64,000 nucleotides of DNA, from NCBI GenBank assembly GCA_052389815.1, contig JBQTHN010000005.1:112978-176977 (forward strand), read 5' to 3'. Both the position numbers and the translations under genes were made by a program. Positions 30,001 through 38,717 of this stretch are shown piece by piece. How positions within the stretch are numbered: position 1 is the stretch's first letter; each line of letters starts with the position of its first letter. The notes beneath the pieces were generated by a model. That model ran no database searches, had not been told where the DNA came from, and was given only the letters and a program-made list of their open reading frames with translations. This DNA comes from Bradyrhizobium sp. Lineage in GTDB: Bacteria; Pseudomonadota; Alphaproteobacteria; Rhizobiales; Xanthobacteraceae.

Positions 30001-31378
30001 TCTCGAGCTGCGCGTCCGAGAGGATGCCATCCGTTATGACATTGGCCGGCAGATGCGGCCGATAGGATGGCTTTGGCGGCGCGACCGACGCCATTGCAGC
30101 CGACTGCACGAGCCTTGTGGGATGGGCCTGCGCGCCGGGAATGCGGATCGACTGAAGTGTGTAGGCTTCATAGAGCGCATCGGTGATGGTACTGGCATCA
30201 GTGGGCATCCAGTCGATGGGCTCATAGATGACTTCCGTCGCCACGAGATCGGATGCTGGCGCCGCGGTCGCCGGTTGGCGCTTTGCGACGTAGGCGCGGA
30301 CGGTCCGCGGCGTGGACGGGCTGGCAATTGCTGGCACGACCGCAATCGGCTTGCCAGCAAGTGGACGACGTGCTGGCACGTCCCGGATGACCCAGCCGAG
30401 CAAAGTCGGCAGGTCTCGCGCGATGCCAGCGGATGCCGGCAACAACGCGATATCGCCCGCCGGCACCCGATCGATAACGGTCAGGCGGGTGTCGGTGGTG
30501 GTACCGTGCTTGGCATAGACGGCGCCGTCAATCGCCGCCGAGAACACGACCTGTCCCTGATCCTGAAGCCGCTTGAAGGAGTCGGTCCACACAGGGTTGT
30601 CGGGGGCGACGTTCGCGCCGGTGATGGCGACCAGGCGCCCGCCTGCTGGAAGACGGGCCAACGCCGAGCCGACGTGCTGTAATGCCGCATCTGCCATCGC
30701 GCGATCGACGTGGACTGCGGCCGAGAACGGCGGGTTCATCAGCACGACGCTCGGCACGGTACGCGCATCGAGGTGGTCGTTGATGTGTGCGGCGTCAAAC
30801 CGCGTGGTGGAGATGGCAGGAAAGATCTGCCCGAGAATGCCGGCGCGGCTCTCGGCGAACTCATTGAGGACGAGGGAGGCGCCAGCCAGTTCCGCGAGAA
30901 CGGCCAGATGGCCGGTACCGGCCGACGGCTCCAGCACGACATCGGCTGGCGTGATCGCGGCGGCCACGCTCGCGACATACGCCAATCCGATCGGCGTCGA
31001 GAACTGCTGGAGCGATTCGCTTTCCTCGGACCGGCGTGTCTGGGTCGGAAGGAGGCTTGCGATCCGCATCAGCATCGACAGCATGTCGGCTGGCGACGCC
31101 GCCTTGGCGCGCATGGCGGCGCCATGCCGCCGCAGGAACAGGACGGTCGCCGCCTCGCAGGCGTCGTAAGCGGTCTTCCAGTTCCAGGCGCCGGTCGCAT
31201 CGGAGGTGCCGAACGCTGCCTGCATGGCGTGGCGCAGAACGGCGGCATCGATGCGACGTCCCTGTTCGAGATCGGTCAAAAGCTGTCGCGCAGCCCTGAC
31301 GACTGCGGATGCGACAACGGCGGTGGCACGCATCGAGAGCGGCGCGGCGCTGGCGCCGCCGACGAGAGGTTCGGTCAT
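27017..31378 (-). CDS. Methyltransferase + strawberry-notch-like SF2 helicase fusion
   Basis: MTase motifs VLEPSAGTG and MNPPF; GDGTGAGKGRQ, FDESH, SATG, IQGLGRTNRTNQ. Confidence 0.9.
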   Translation of the reverse strand: MTEPLVGGASAAPLSMRATAVVASAVVRAARQLLTDLEQGRRIDAAVLRHAMQAAFGTSDATGAWNWKTAYDACEAATVLFLRRHGAAMRAKAASPADMLSMLMRIASLLPTQTRRSEESESLQQFSTPIGLAYVASVAAAITPADVVLEPSAGTGHLAVLAELAGASLVLNEFAESRAGILGQIFPAISTTRFDAAHINDHLDARTVPSVVLMNPPFSAAVHVDRAMADAALQHVGSALARLPAGGRLVAITGANVAPDNPVWTDSFKRLQDQGQVVFSAAIDGAVYAKHGTTTDTRLTVIDRVPAGDIALLPASAGIARDLPTLLGWVIRDVPARRPLAGKPIAVVPAIASPSTPRTVRAYVAKRQPATAAPASDLVATEVIYEPIDWMPTDASTITDALYEAYTLQSIRIPGAQAHPTRLVQSAAMASVAPPKPSYRPHLPANVITDGILSDAQLESVIYAGEAHSEFLAGSWTVDATFDVVAAARDDAENAVRFRRGWFLGDGTGAGKGRQVAGILIDNWLKGRRRAVWISKSDKLIEDAQRDWSALGVERLLVTPLSRFRQGTPIRLAEGVLFTTYATLRTDERGEKLSRARQIVEWLGSDFDGVIVFDESHAMQNALGGKGERGDLKAIACNRPGAASQQGRAGLRLQHALPNARVVYVSATGATTVHNLAYAQRLGVWGGDDFPFATRAEFVEAIEEGGVAAMEVLARDLKALGLYAARSLSYEGVEYELLEHQLTPEQVRIYDAYAGAFSIIHNNLDAAMRAANITGETGTLNAQAKSAARSAFESAKQRFFGHLLTSMKTPSLIRSIERDLDAGHAAVIQIVSTGEALMERRLAEIPTEEWSDVQVDITPREYVLDYLAHSFPVQLYEPFTDSEGNLSSRPVYRDGQPVESREAAKRRDRLIEKLASLPPVPGALDQIVQRFGTDMVAEVTGRSRRVVRKRDRLIVENRAASANLAETAAFMDDAKRILIFSDAGGTGRSYHAELSARNRRLRVHYLLEPGWKADAAIQGLGRTNRTNQAQPPLFRPIATDVKAEKRFLSTIARRLDTLGAITRGQRQTGGQGLFRPEDNLESHYGRDALRQLYLLLVRGKVEGCSLQAFEDATGLKLMDANGIKDELPPVTTFLNRLLALTIDLQNVLFATFEQLLSARIEGAIASGAYDAGLETLLAESFIIADRRVIYTHPGTGTETRLLSITERQRNRPVTLREAFDRLSDSCAVPLVNERSGRAAVQVPAPSFMLDDGEIERRVRLIRPMEQHSVPLSAMAESHWAEADRGRFGAAWQAELHDLPEFSESTIHVVAGLLLPIWKRLPDESTRVYRLQTDAGERVIGRKVSASWVANVLAADAPKLASDAAFAALMEGRTVLDLAEGLQLRRVRVMGRHRIELSGCNDTMRDRLRTYGLFSEIISWKLRMFVPTDEAGIEVLAKVLEHYPIERIVEREAA

Positions 31379-31579
31379 GGCAGGATGTCTTTCGGAGAGC
31401 GGGAAAAGGCCGAACCGCCCGGCGCTCTCCTGACACCGCCGCGGTTCAAACCCTTCCCGGCCCACCTCTCCCTCTGGATCTCACCCAGAAGAAAGGGCCC
31501 GGCGACCAGCGCCAGACCCTTTGAGCGAACTATCCCAATCGGCGATCACTTGTTGGAACCGTGCTCGACGGACGAGGTG

Positions 31580-31774
31580 TCAAAGCCGCCAGGTCGCAAC
31601 GATTTCTTGTTCCCGGCGGTGATAATCGAGCATCTCGCGGTAGAACCGCTTGCGCGCTATGCGACACCGGGGGTCGCGAAGCGCTTGCCGAGTGAGCTTG
31701 CGCGCTGCCGCGCGAACCACCGCACGCCAACTATCATGCACGGTGATATTCAGGCGCAAATACGTGCCGTACAT
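31580..31774 (-). CDS. Small hypothetical protein
   Basis: ATG 2 bp after the upstream stop; MYGTYLRLNITVHDSWRAVVRAA..FYREML. Confidence 0.55.
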   Translation of the reverse strand: MYGTYLRLNITVHDSWRAVVRAAARKLTRQALRDPRCRIARKRFYREMLDYHRREQEIVATWRL

Positions 31775-31776
31775 AG

Positions 31777-32151
31777 TCAAGCTCCTTCTGCAGTCGAAGA
31801 AACCGGCGGCTCGGGCTCGCACGAGATGCGCCGCGTGCGGCTCATCCAGGGTTCGGGACGGATGCACCTCACCCAATCGGCGAAGGACGGGATGTGTCCG
31901 AGATCCTCGATAACGTGCTGCTCACCGACCCAGCGCGTCGGAATGACGCGGCCGGACGACAATGTGATGGTCGGACAAAAGATGGTCTCGGCCATGAAGA
32001 TGCCCTCGGCGTGATGGCGGAGCGCGCGGTGCCGAAAATCCGCCGTGATCTGCTTGCTCGCATCGAACCAGTTATGGATCGGCAGATAGTCATCGACTGC
32101 CCCGCCCCACTTCTTCACCGAGGAGAGCGAATGATGATAGGGATGCGCCAT
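31777..32151 (-). CDS. DUF6915-like protein
   Basis: MAHPYHHSLSSVKKWGG..IHNWFDASK..HRALRHHAEGIF..EQHVIEDLG. Confidence 0.75.
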   Translation of the reverse strand: MAHPYHHSLSSVKKWGGAVDDYLPIHNWFDASKQITADFRHRALRHHAEGIFMAETIFCPTITLSSGRVIPTRWVGEQHVIEDLGHIPSFADWVRCIRPEPWMSRTRRISCEPEPPVSSTAEGA

Positions 32152-32162
32152 TGCTTCCTCCC

Positions 32163-32638
32163 TCAGAACACATGCTGGGTGTATTCGGAGGTTTCGATCC
32201 GCTCATTGAAGTTGAGCGTGATCGTTCGCTCGGCGACGTCGAACAGAAAGTCACCGTAGGCGCCCTGGTTATTCTCCCATCCGGAGTAGGTCTGCTCGAG
32301 GAGGTCGTAGACAAGCTTCTCGATCGCGTCCTTCACGGAGAGGGTTTGCCGCGTGACAATCTGGTTGCCGCATTCGACCCGCGCAATCTCGACATGGATG
32401 CTCTGGAGATCCGTGTCACCGCCCTCTCCGTCCGCGACAGCGCCGTCGATTTGCCCCTCATCGGCATAGCCGTTGAATGTGACCTCCGCGGTGTCGATGC
32501 GCGCACTGGCGAGCGCGTCGAACAACGCTGTCTTGTTCTCGGAGAGAGTGGACTTGCATAGTCTGATAAATTCCTGGTCCCGCAGGGCCAGGAGGCAGAA
32601 TCGAAACCCGAGCCGGGTGTTGAAGTATCGTCAGTCAT
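32163..32638 (-). pseudogene. DUF6878-like protein with a 5' frameshift
   Basis: ATG 32638 (MTDDTSTPGSGFDSASW) is one base out of frame with the body (LALRDQEF..NKTALFDALA..TFNGYADEGQI..GWENNQGAYG). Confidence 0.65.
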
Positions 32639-32744
32639 GATGGTGCTCCCAAGACGATGAAGCCCGGCGCGAGGGCCGGGCCGAGAGATGAAGGGGAAGT
32701 GGTAAAGAACTGCGGGGCGGCGGATGCCGCCCCGCAGCGATGGC

Positions 32745-34883
32745 CTATTCGGCCGCGACGGCGTGCGGCTGCTCGCTCTCGTCGCCGTCGGTCGATGCCT
32801 CGTCACCGCCGGAGAGGAATTCGGGAAGCGGCTCGGACGGCGCGTCAGAGCTGTCCGAAGGCGAAGCCACGGCGGCGACGCGCAGCGGCTCGGGGAGCCA
32901 GCCGGCGCCCTCGAGCAGGCGTTCGGCTTCCTTCGCCATCTCCGATTTCTTGAGATGGTCGATGAGCTGAGCCGAGGATTCGCCCCTCGCCTCGCGGATC
33001 GCATCGAGGATACGGCCCTTGGTGACACGGCCGAGATAGTTGTCGACCGTCGGACGCCAGCCGGCCTCCACCATGTCGAGACCAACTGCACGGGCGAGCC
33101 GATCAGCCTGATCGAGACGGCGCTGCAGCCCATGGCTGGTAATGCCGGGCCCGCCATGGCGATCGACCTTCTCGAACAGGGCATTCACGCCGAAGGAAAC
33201 ACAATGGGCGAGCAAAGCCAGCCGGCTGGCATCGTCGAGCGCAACCAGCCAATCCCACAGGGCAGCCTCGTCGGTCGGCATGTCGGCTCTCCAGCCCTCA
33301 TGCCGAGTGGCGATCGATCTGGCGGACGCGCTTTCCTTCAATTCGGGCGCCTGGATGGAAAGCTGCACGTGACGCACGCCGGCCTCGATACAGCATGGAC
33401 CGCAAATCCGATGGAAGGCGTCGAGGCAGAGCTTGTGCAAGAGCGCCGTCATCGCGACCTGCGGTTGGGCCGCAACCGCGTCCTGCAGCGCCAGCGTCCG
33501 GTGCGCGGTGAGCTCGATGACGAGCCGGTCGGGCAAGGGCCGGATGGCATCATCCTCTTCCTCATCCGGCGGTACCTGCCCGGCCATGGTAATCACACTG
33601 CCCTGGACCGGAGCTGTGGGTTGAGCACCATCGTCGGAGCCAGGCGTTGCGGGGCCGGATTCAGGATCGGGCTCGACTACTGCCGCAGCGAACGCCGCTT
33701 CGTCCTCGCCGCGGACATAGCCGCGCGCGACCTGTACCGTCCCATCGGTATCGATGCTGACGAAGGCGCCGGCGTGCGGAATGGCGGCCGCGTCGAAAAT
33801 ATGCGGCCAGTCCTCGAAGGCCGCGAGGGCCTGCTCGAGTTCGCCGAGGCGCGTGTCCGCCTCATCCGGTATTTCGTCAGCATCCTCGTATTTCTCCTGG
33901 AGCGCCGTATACTCGGCTTGGAGCGCATCGAGGCTTGCTTGTTCCTCAACGGTGAGATCGGCCGGTTCGCTTTCGAGCCGGCGCAGCCCGTGATCGTAAC
34001 CGTAGGGGAAGCTCGGGGCGACCTCGATCCACTTCCAACCTTCGGCAGCGATCTTCTCGGCTTCGGTGCGGAGCCTCTCGGCGACAAGACGCTCGAGCAG
34101 GGCGATGTCCTCGAGCCAGCCGCCGCCGTCTTCCTCGAAGAGATCGCGCAGCACATTGCCGCCGGCCGCCTCGTAGGCGGCGACGCCGACGAAACGGGCG
34201 CGCTTGTCGGAGGCCTTTACCGCGCGCTCGGTCAGAACGCGCCTGATCTGATACGGCTCGTCATAGCCCGACCGGTTGACGTTCTCCCAGACCTGCTCTT
34301 GCCGCGCGTGATCGTCCGTGACGGAGAACGCCATCAACTGCTCGAGCGACATGCCATCGTCGGCATAGACGTCGAGCAGTTTTGGAGAAACGGCCGCAAG
34401 CCGAAGGCGCTGCTTCACGACACCGACGGATACGAAGAAGATGGCCGCGATCTCCTCCTCGGATTTGCGTTGTTCGCGCAGGGTCTGGAACGCGCGGAAC
34501 TGGTCGAGAGGATGAAGCGCGACGCGATGGACGTTTTCGGCAAGCGAGTCCTCTTCCGCCGAAATCTCACCGCCGGCATCAGCGACGATGCAGGGGATCG
34601 GCGCGGTCTTCGCGAGACGCTTCTGCTTGATCAGGAGCTCAAGCGCGCGATAGCGGCGACCGCCGGCTGGCACCTCGAACATGTCGGTCTCCTGGCCGTC
34701 GGCATCGAGGACTGGCCGGACATTCAGGCTTTGCAGGAGGGACCGACGTGCGATGTCTTCGGCAAGATCTTCGATCGAGATACCCGCCTTGATGCGGCGG
34801 ACATTGGATTGGGACAGCACGAGTTTGTTGAAGGGAATGTCGCGCGACAGCGACAGCTTGATCTTCTGAACGGCTTTTGCCAT
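32745..34883 (-). CDS. ParB N-terminal domain protein of ICE leading regions
   Basis: LLQSLNVR, AGGRRYRAL, SLAENVHR..LHPLDQFRAF. Confidence 0.88.
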   Translation of the reverse strand: MAKAVQKIKLSLSRDIPFNKLVLSQSNVRRIKAGISIEDLAEDIARRSLLQSLNVRPVLDADGQETDMFEVPAGGRRYRALELLIKQKRLAKTAPIPCIVADAGGEISAEEDSLAENVHRVALHPLDQFRAFQTLREQRKSEEEIAAIFFVSVGVVKQRLRLAAVSPKLLDVYADDGMSLEQLMAFSVTDDHARQEQVWENVNRSGYDEPYQIRRVLTERAVKASDKRARFVGVAAYEAAGGNVLRDLFEEDGGGWLEDIALLERLVAERLRTEAEKIAAEGWKWIEVAPSFPYGYDHGLRRLESEPADLTVEEQASLDALQAEYTALQEKYEDADEIPDEADTRLGELEQALAAFEDWPHIFDAAAIPHAGAFVSIDTDGTVQVARGYVRGEDEAAFAAAVVEPDPESGPATPGSDDGAQPTAPVQGSVITMAGQVPPDEEEDDAIRPLPDRLVIELTAHRTLALQDAVAAQPQVAMTALLHKLCLDAFHRICGPCCIEAGVRHVQLSIQAPELKESASARSIATRHEGWRADMPTDEAALWDWLVALDDASRLALLAHCVSFGVNALFEKVDRHGGPGITSHGLQRRLDQADRLARAVGLDMVEAGWRPTVDNYLGRVTKGRILDAIREARGESSAQLIDHLKKSEMAKEAERLLEGAGWLPEPLRVAAVASPSDSSDAPSEPLPEFLSGGDEASTDGDESEQPHAVAAE

Positions 34884-34898
34884 GTCAGTTTCTCCAGA

Positions 34899-34968
34899 AC
34901 GGCCGGCCGAAAGCCTCTCTCTCGGCCTCCAAGCCGTTCACGGAGCGAAGCGCCGCCCTCTTGCTCTC
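34899..34968. repeat. Conserved upstream repeat, copy before the ParB-like gene
   Basis: Aligns with 36271-36338 (shared CTCTC..CAA.CCG.TCACGG..AAGCGCCGCCC..TCTT.CTCTC). Confidence 0.7.
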
Positions 34969-35060
34969 AGAGGACGGCGCCACGAAGGAGACGAAACGGA
35001 AAAACGCGGAAGAAGCAAAGCCGAGGACACGGGAAGTTCGCATGCCCGGCTTCGTGGTAA

Positions 35061-36254
35061 TCAGGCGACGCGATCCAAGAGCTTCTTCGCCTTCGTCTCC
35101 ATGTCCAGGCGTGCGTCTTGGTGAGACTTGTCGCGGGCGACGGCGGTGATGCCCTGCACGAAATCGAAGATGCTTTCAGGCGGGCGGCCTTCCTCCGCCA
35201 GCACTGCATCGATCACCTTGCCTGTCTCGGCCTTCGAGAAGCCGCGGCGACGCAGGAACTCGGTGCGATCGTCGTCGTTACGCGCCACGATTCGCTCGCG
35301 GGCGGCTTTGATGCCATTGACGAAGGGCATGGGTGAGGAGTTGGCGAAGTTCAGCAGCGCCGGGGCCGCTTCATGGGCGAAACGATTTGCGGCGTATTTG
35401 GAGTGGCGAATAGTGATCTCCTCGAAATCCTCCACGCCCCACAGATTGCGGTTTTGGCAGACTGCACGGAGATAGAAGCTCGCCATGCCGAGCGTCTTCG
35501 CCCCAACCTCCGAATTCCAGCAATAGAAGCCTCGGAAAAAGAGGTCGGGCGAGCCGTCACGGAGACGACCGGCTTCGATCGGGTTCAGGTCGTCAACCAG
35601 GAAAAGGAAAACGTCCCTGTCCGATGCATAGAGGGTCGTCGTGTCCTTGGAGATGTCGACACGAGGATTGTAGGTCCCGGTCGACCAGTTGAGCACACCC
35701 GGCACCTTCCACCGCGTATCGCCAGTTCCATTGCCGGCGATGCGCTGGACGGCCTCGACTAACTCGTGGTCGAAAATTCTGCCGTAGTCTGGGCTCGTGA
35801 CGGCGCGAAGCTCGACTCGGCCATCGTCAGTTTCGAGCGTCTTGATCTGTTCGGCCCGATTGGCGGTCAGGCCATATTGCAGGTTGATCCCTGCGAGTGC
35901 CGCGGGAAGTTGCCGCAGGTAAGCGGCCGGCGCGCCAACCTGGCTTGCAAGCTGGCCGAAGCTCCAGTGGGTCGGCGCGACTGGCCTGTCCGAGCCGGGC
36001 AACATCAGCGCCAAGCGCTCCGGGTCCTCGCGGCTTGCCTCCACATGGATGAGCGCGCTTTCCACGACGCGCGTCCGGCTGCGGTCCGTGCGATCACGTA
36101 CCGTGCGGGCCAGTTCGTTGAGCGACAGATAACGCTGATCCGCCGGACGGGAAAACCACTCCGAGGACACCCGACCGACGCGCTCTCCGCGACTCACATC
36201 CACTCTGTAACCGCCGTCGGCGTCGCGGCGGGCATCAAGAACCTGCGTATTCAT
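35061..36254 (-). CDS. DUF932 domain protein
   Basis: VSSEWFSRPADQRYLSL, PTHWSFGQL, LYASDRDVF, NSEVG..LRAVCQNR. Confidence 0.87.
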   Translation of the reverse strand: MNTQVLDARRDADGGYRVDVSRGERVGRVSSEWFSRPADQRYLSLNELARTVRDRTDRSRTRVVESALIHVEASREDPERLALMLPGSDRPVAPTHWSFGQLASQVGAPAAYLRQLPAALAGINLQYGLTANRAEQIKTLETDDGRVELRAVTSPDYGRIFDHELVEAVQRIAGNGTGDTRWKVPGVLNWSTGTYNPRVDISKDTTTLYASDRDVFLFLVDDLNPIEAGRLRDGSPDLFFRGFYCWNSEVGAKTLGMASFYLRAVCQNRNLWGVEDFEEITIRHSKYAANRFAHEAAPALLNFANSSPMPFVNGIKAARERIVARNDDDRTEFLRRRGFSKAETGKVIDAVLAEEGRPPESIFDFVQGITAVARDKSHQDARLDMETKAKKLLDRVA

Positions 36255-36270
36255 GGGAGCAATCTCCATG

Positions 36271-36338
36271 ACGGGCGCCGGAAGACTCTCCTCCGGTCCT
36301 CAACCCGTCACGGCAAGCGCCGCCCCACTCTTCCTCTC
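36271..36338. repeat. Conserved upstream repeat, copy before DUF932
   Basis: Aligns with 34899-34968; weaker copy near 31425-31474. Confidence 0.7.
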
Positions 36339-36628
36339 TCCTGCATCGTCTATCGCCGACGCCGACGAAATTCCGCTCCCGCCGCATCTTCCGTCAGGGA
36401 TGGAAGCCCGAAGGGTGAAAACCCGGCTCAAGCCGGGTTTTAGCGTCAGCCGACAGCCCGGTCCCGCAGGGAGACGGCAAACCACTGGGCTGCCGATCAG
36501 CAAAGTCTGACGATGAACCTATTGCGCTTTTCTCAAGCCATACGATTCTGCGTGCCCACGAGCATCCGCATGTGGATTTCAGCAACAGGTATCGTCACAG
36601 CGGTTGCCCCTCCAAGCCGATGCCAGAC

Positions 36629-36820
36629 TCAGGTCAGCTCGACGTCCTCGCGCGTCTGCGTCTGCGCGTCATAGATTCTGATTCTGAGCATGGGAAAACG
36701 CTTTTTCAGTTCTTCCGCGCCCATCTTGGCTCCGTCCCTGGTCGCAAATTCGGCCTTGAGTCGACCATCAACTTCCAGCGCATAACCTGACGCCGGTAAT
36801 TCACGGGCAGCAGCAACCAT
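36629..36820 (-). CDS. Small hypothetical protein
   Basis: GYALEVDGRLKAEF..LKKRFPMLRIRIYDA; GAGG-like element upstream. Confidence 0.6.
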   Translation of the reverse strand: MVAAARELPASGYALEVDGRLKAEFATRDGAKMGAEELKKRFPMLRIRIYDAQTQTREDVELT

Positions 36821-36952
36821 CTCATTCCCTTTGCGCAGTGAGGAGGTGATGGCAACTGCTTAGCGCGAGTCGCACAAATCGCACCAGCTCACTCCGATGT
36901 TGATTTGGCCCTCTTAACTCTTGAAACTCCGATTCGCTGCATGAAGGCGCAT

Positions 36953-37492
36953 TCAGGGATGTGCGTTCGCATCATCCGAGCAGTTGGAAGGGGTGCCGCC
37001 CGCCCTGATGCACACGCGGAACAACCATGGGGCCACGTAGCTGCCTGCCCACATGCCGCGGCCCGCACGATCGGCATCGCGCTCGGCAGCGGCATACCTC
37101 CCTTTCGAATATTGCGGCCAATCCAGCGCGAGATCATTGCGAACAAGCCATTCCCCGAGATCGGTGCCGCCAACCGAACAGGTCGCTACACTCCGTCCGT
37201 ATTGATCCTCGGATACGCGTGTACAATTGACCGGCCGCCGTGCGATGAAGGTGTCGAGATCATTGGCTGCGTTCGCGCCGCAGCGATACAGGTTGCTGTC
37301 CGAATCTCGGCATAGCTGGCTGCTCTCAGGGGCATCGACTCCCCAGAGCCGGATGCGCGTCCCATGAATTTCCAGCGTGTCGCCGTCAATGACGCTGGCC
37401 TGCCCCACGAATTCGTCGGCCACCACCGCGCTCGACAGCAGCAGGAGCATCGATACAAGGACTCGGCGTTTGCTCATGATGTTCGCTACCAT
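36953..37492 (-). CDS. Thermonuclease (SNase) family secreted protein
   Basis: Signal peptide; VIDGDTLEI..IRLWGVDAPE..DQYGR. Confidence 0.88.
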   Translation of the reverse strand: MVANIMSKRRVLVSMLLLLSSAVVADEFVGQASVIDGDTLEIHGTRIRLWGVDAPESSQLCRDSDSNLYRCGANAANDLDTFIARRPVNCTRVSEDQYGRSVATCSVGGTDLGEWLVRNDLALDWPQYSKGRYAAAERDADRAGRGMWAGSYVAPWLFRVCIRAGGTPSNCSDDANAHP

Positions 37493-37495
37493 CGA

Positions 37496-38053
37496 TTAGC
37501 GTAGATCGCGGAGATTGGATTTCGGCCAGTTCTTAGGCGGCTTCAATGCAGGCAGGTTCACTGGCCGCTCGGGATAGTGAAACTCCGTGCCGCGCAGCCA
37601 GCGCCCCTCGAACCGCTCCCAGAACAGGATGGCATCCATCTGCCAGGTAAACTCGTAGACTCTCCAAACGCCGTCATTCTCAATCACCTCGCCGGTCGCA
37701 TTGAGCGGCAGGCTGTTCAACCTGCAGAGCGCGTAGATTTCATCCCAGTGCTCGCGGATGTAACGGTCTTCGAGCGCGACGTGGTATGGCCGGTCTTCGC
37801 GCCAGCGCGGTCCGCCGCCCCGCGGATAGAAGCCCTGGCGCGGCATCATGAATTCGGGAATGCGTGCGATCGCCTTACCGATGCGGCGGGCCTCATCGGC
37901 GGATAGCTTGCTGACGCCGAAGCTGTAGCGCTGCGCGTCATCACGGCAATAGAGCCATGCCAAGGTCACGCCGTTGGCGTCCTTGACCACGTAGCACTCC
38001 GAATTTTCCCGGATCAGCGTCCAGGGCGGCTTGAAACGGCGGCTTGACTCCAT
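37496..38053 (-). CDS. Hypothetical protein directly downstream of a LexA box
   Basis: MESSRRFKPPW..DANGVTLAWLY..DEARRIGKAIARIPEF. Confidence 0.65.
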   Translation of the reverse strand: MESSRRFKPPWTLIRENSECYVVKDANGVTLAWLYCRDDAQRYSFGVSKLSADEARRIGKAIARIPEFMMPRQGFYPRGGGPRWREDRPYHVALEDRYIREHWDEIYALCRLNSLPLNATGEVIENDGVWRVYEFTWQMDAILFWERFEGRWLRGTEFHYPERPVNLPALKPPKNWPKSNLRDLR

Positions 38054-38055
38054 GA

Positions 38056-38070
38056 GAACAAAATAGGAAC
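38056..38070. promoter_or_regulatory. Alphaproteobacterial LexA (SOS) box GAAC-N7-GAAC
   Basis: GAAC-AAAATAG-GAAC in the short divergent intergenic region. Confidence 0.8.
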
Positions 38071-38103
38071 ATACGCCATCGACGGTCAACCTGGAACAGA
38101 GCC

Positions 38104-38310
38104 ATGTTCTCGGTCTCTCAGCCGAACGAACAGGACGATGGTCTTGAAGCCGCCGTTGACCAGGCAATCGCCGTCTGCGACGGCGATCCGCGTGCGGCTG
38201 TTCGCGCGCTAATCATTGCGAACAATCTCTTGGAATCGGAGATAGCGGAGTTGAGGAAGGCCGTATCGCATGCTTACACACGCGGACGCTTTCGGACCTA
38301 CACAGGATAG
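38104..38310 (+). CDS. Small hypothetical protein
   Basis: LEAAVDQAIAVCDGDPRAAVRALIIAN..LE. Confidence 0.7.
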   Translation: MFSVSQPNEQDDGLEAAVDQAIAVCDGDPRAAVRALIIANNLLESEIAELRKAVSHAYTRGRFRTYTG

Positions 38311-38333
38311 AGTCAGAGTGTGGTGACGCAGCG

Positions 38334-38630
38334 ATGAAACATCAGGACAGGCTTTCCTTCATCACGGACGATCAGGCCGAGCAGATGGGAGCCGACATGG
38401 CGATCCAGTTCATGCTCGCGACACTGTTTCAGCTCCTGTCGGAAATGGCGGATGACCCGCGTGGCTTCCGTATGGATGTACATAGGGAACTTACCGATCT
38501 CGTGGCGAGCTATAAGCTGCCACCGATGCCAGGGGATACTGAGCGAAAGGTTCGAGCTGCCGCCTGCAAGATTCTCGACGGCATCATGATGCGATCATTT
38601 GAACAGAACGGGGTGAGGAAGTCATCGTGA
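38334..38630 (+). CDS. Hypothetical protein
   Basis: 98-aa ORF co-directional between the small protein and SRAP. Confidence 0.55.
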   Translation: MKHQDRLSFITDDQAEQMGADMAIQFMLATLFQLLSEMADDPRGFRMDVHRELTDLVASYKLPPMPGDTERKVRAAACKILDGIMMRSFEQNGVRKSS

Positions 38631-38717
38631 CGGCTGGACATGCAGACCAAGCGATGTTCGGTCACGCAGAGCGCCGCGGCCTGGCAATGTCGTTGTCCGT
38701 CGTGAGCGACCGCTGAA

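Noticed and set aside
32724-35060. 778-aa + strand ORF, and similar long antisense ORFs at 5987-6940, 14848-15894, 30710-32014 and 50092-51129
   Set aside because: They lie opposite well-supported genes in GC-rich DNA and show no recognisable motifs; shadow ORFs.
38094-38109. GAAC-N8-GTTC as a second LexA box
   Set aside because: It does not fit the alphaproteobacterial direct-repeat N7 consensus and overlaps a start codon.
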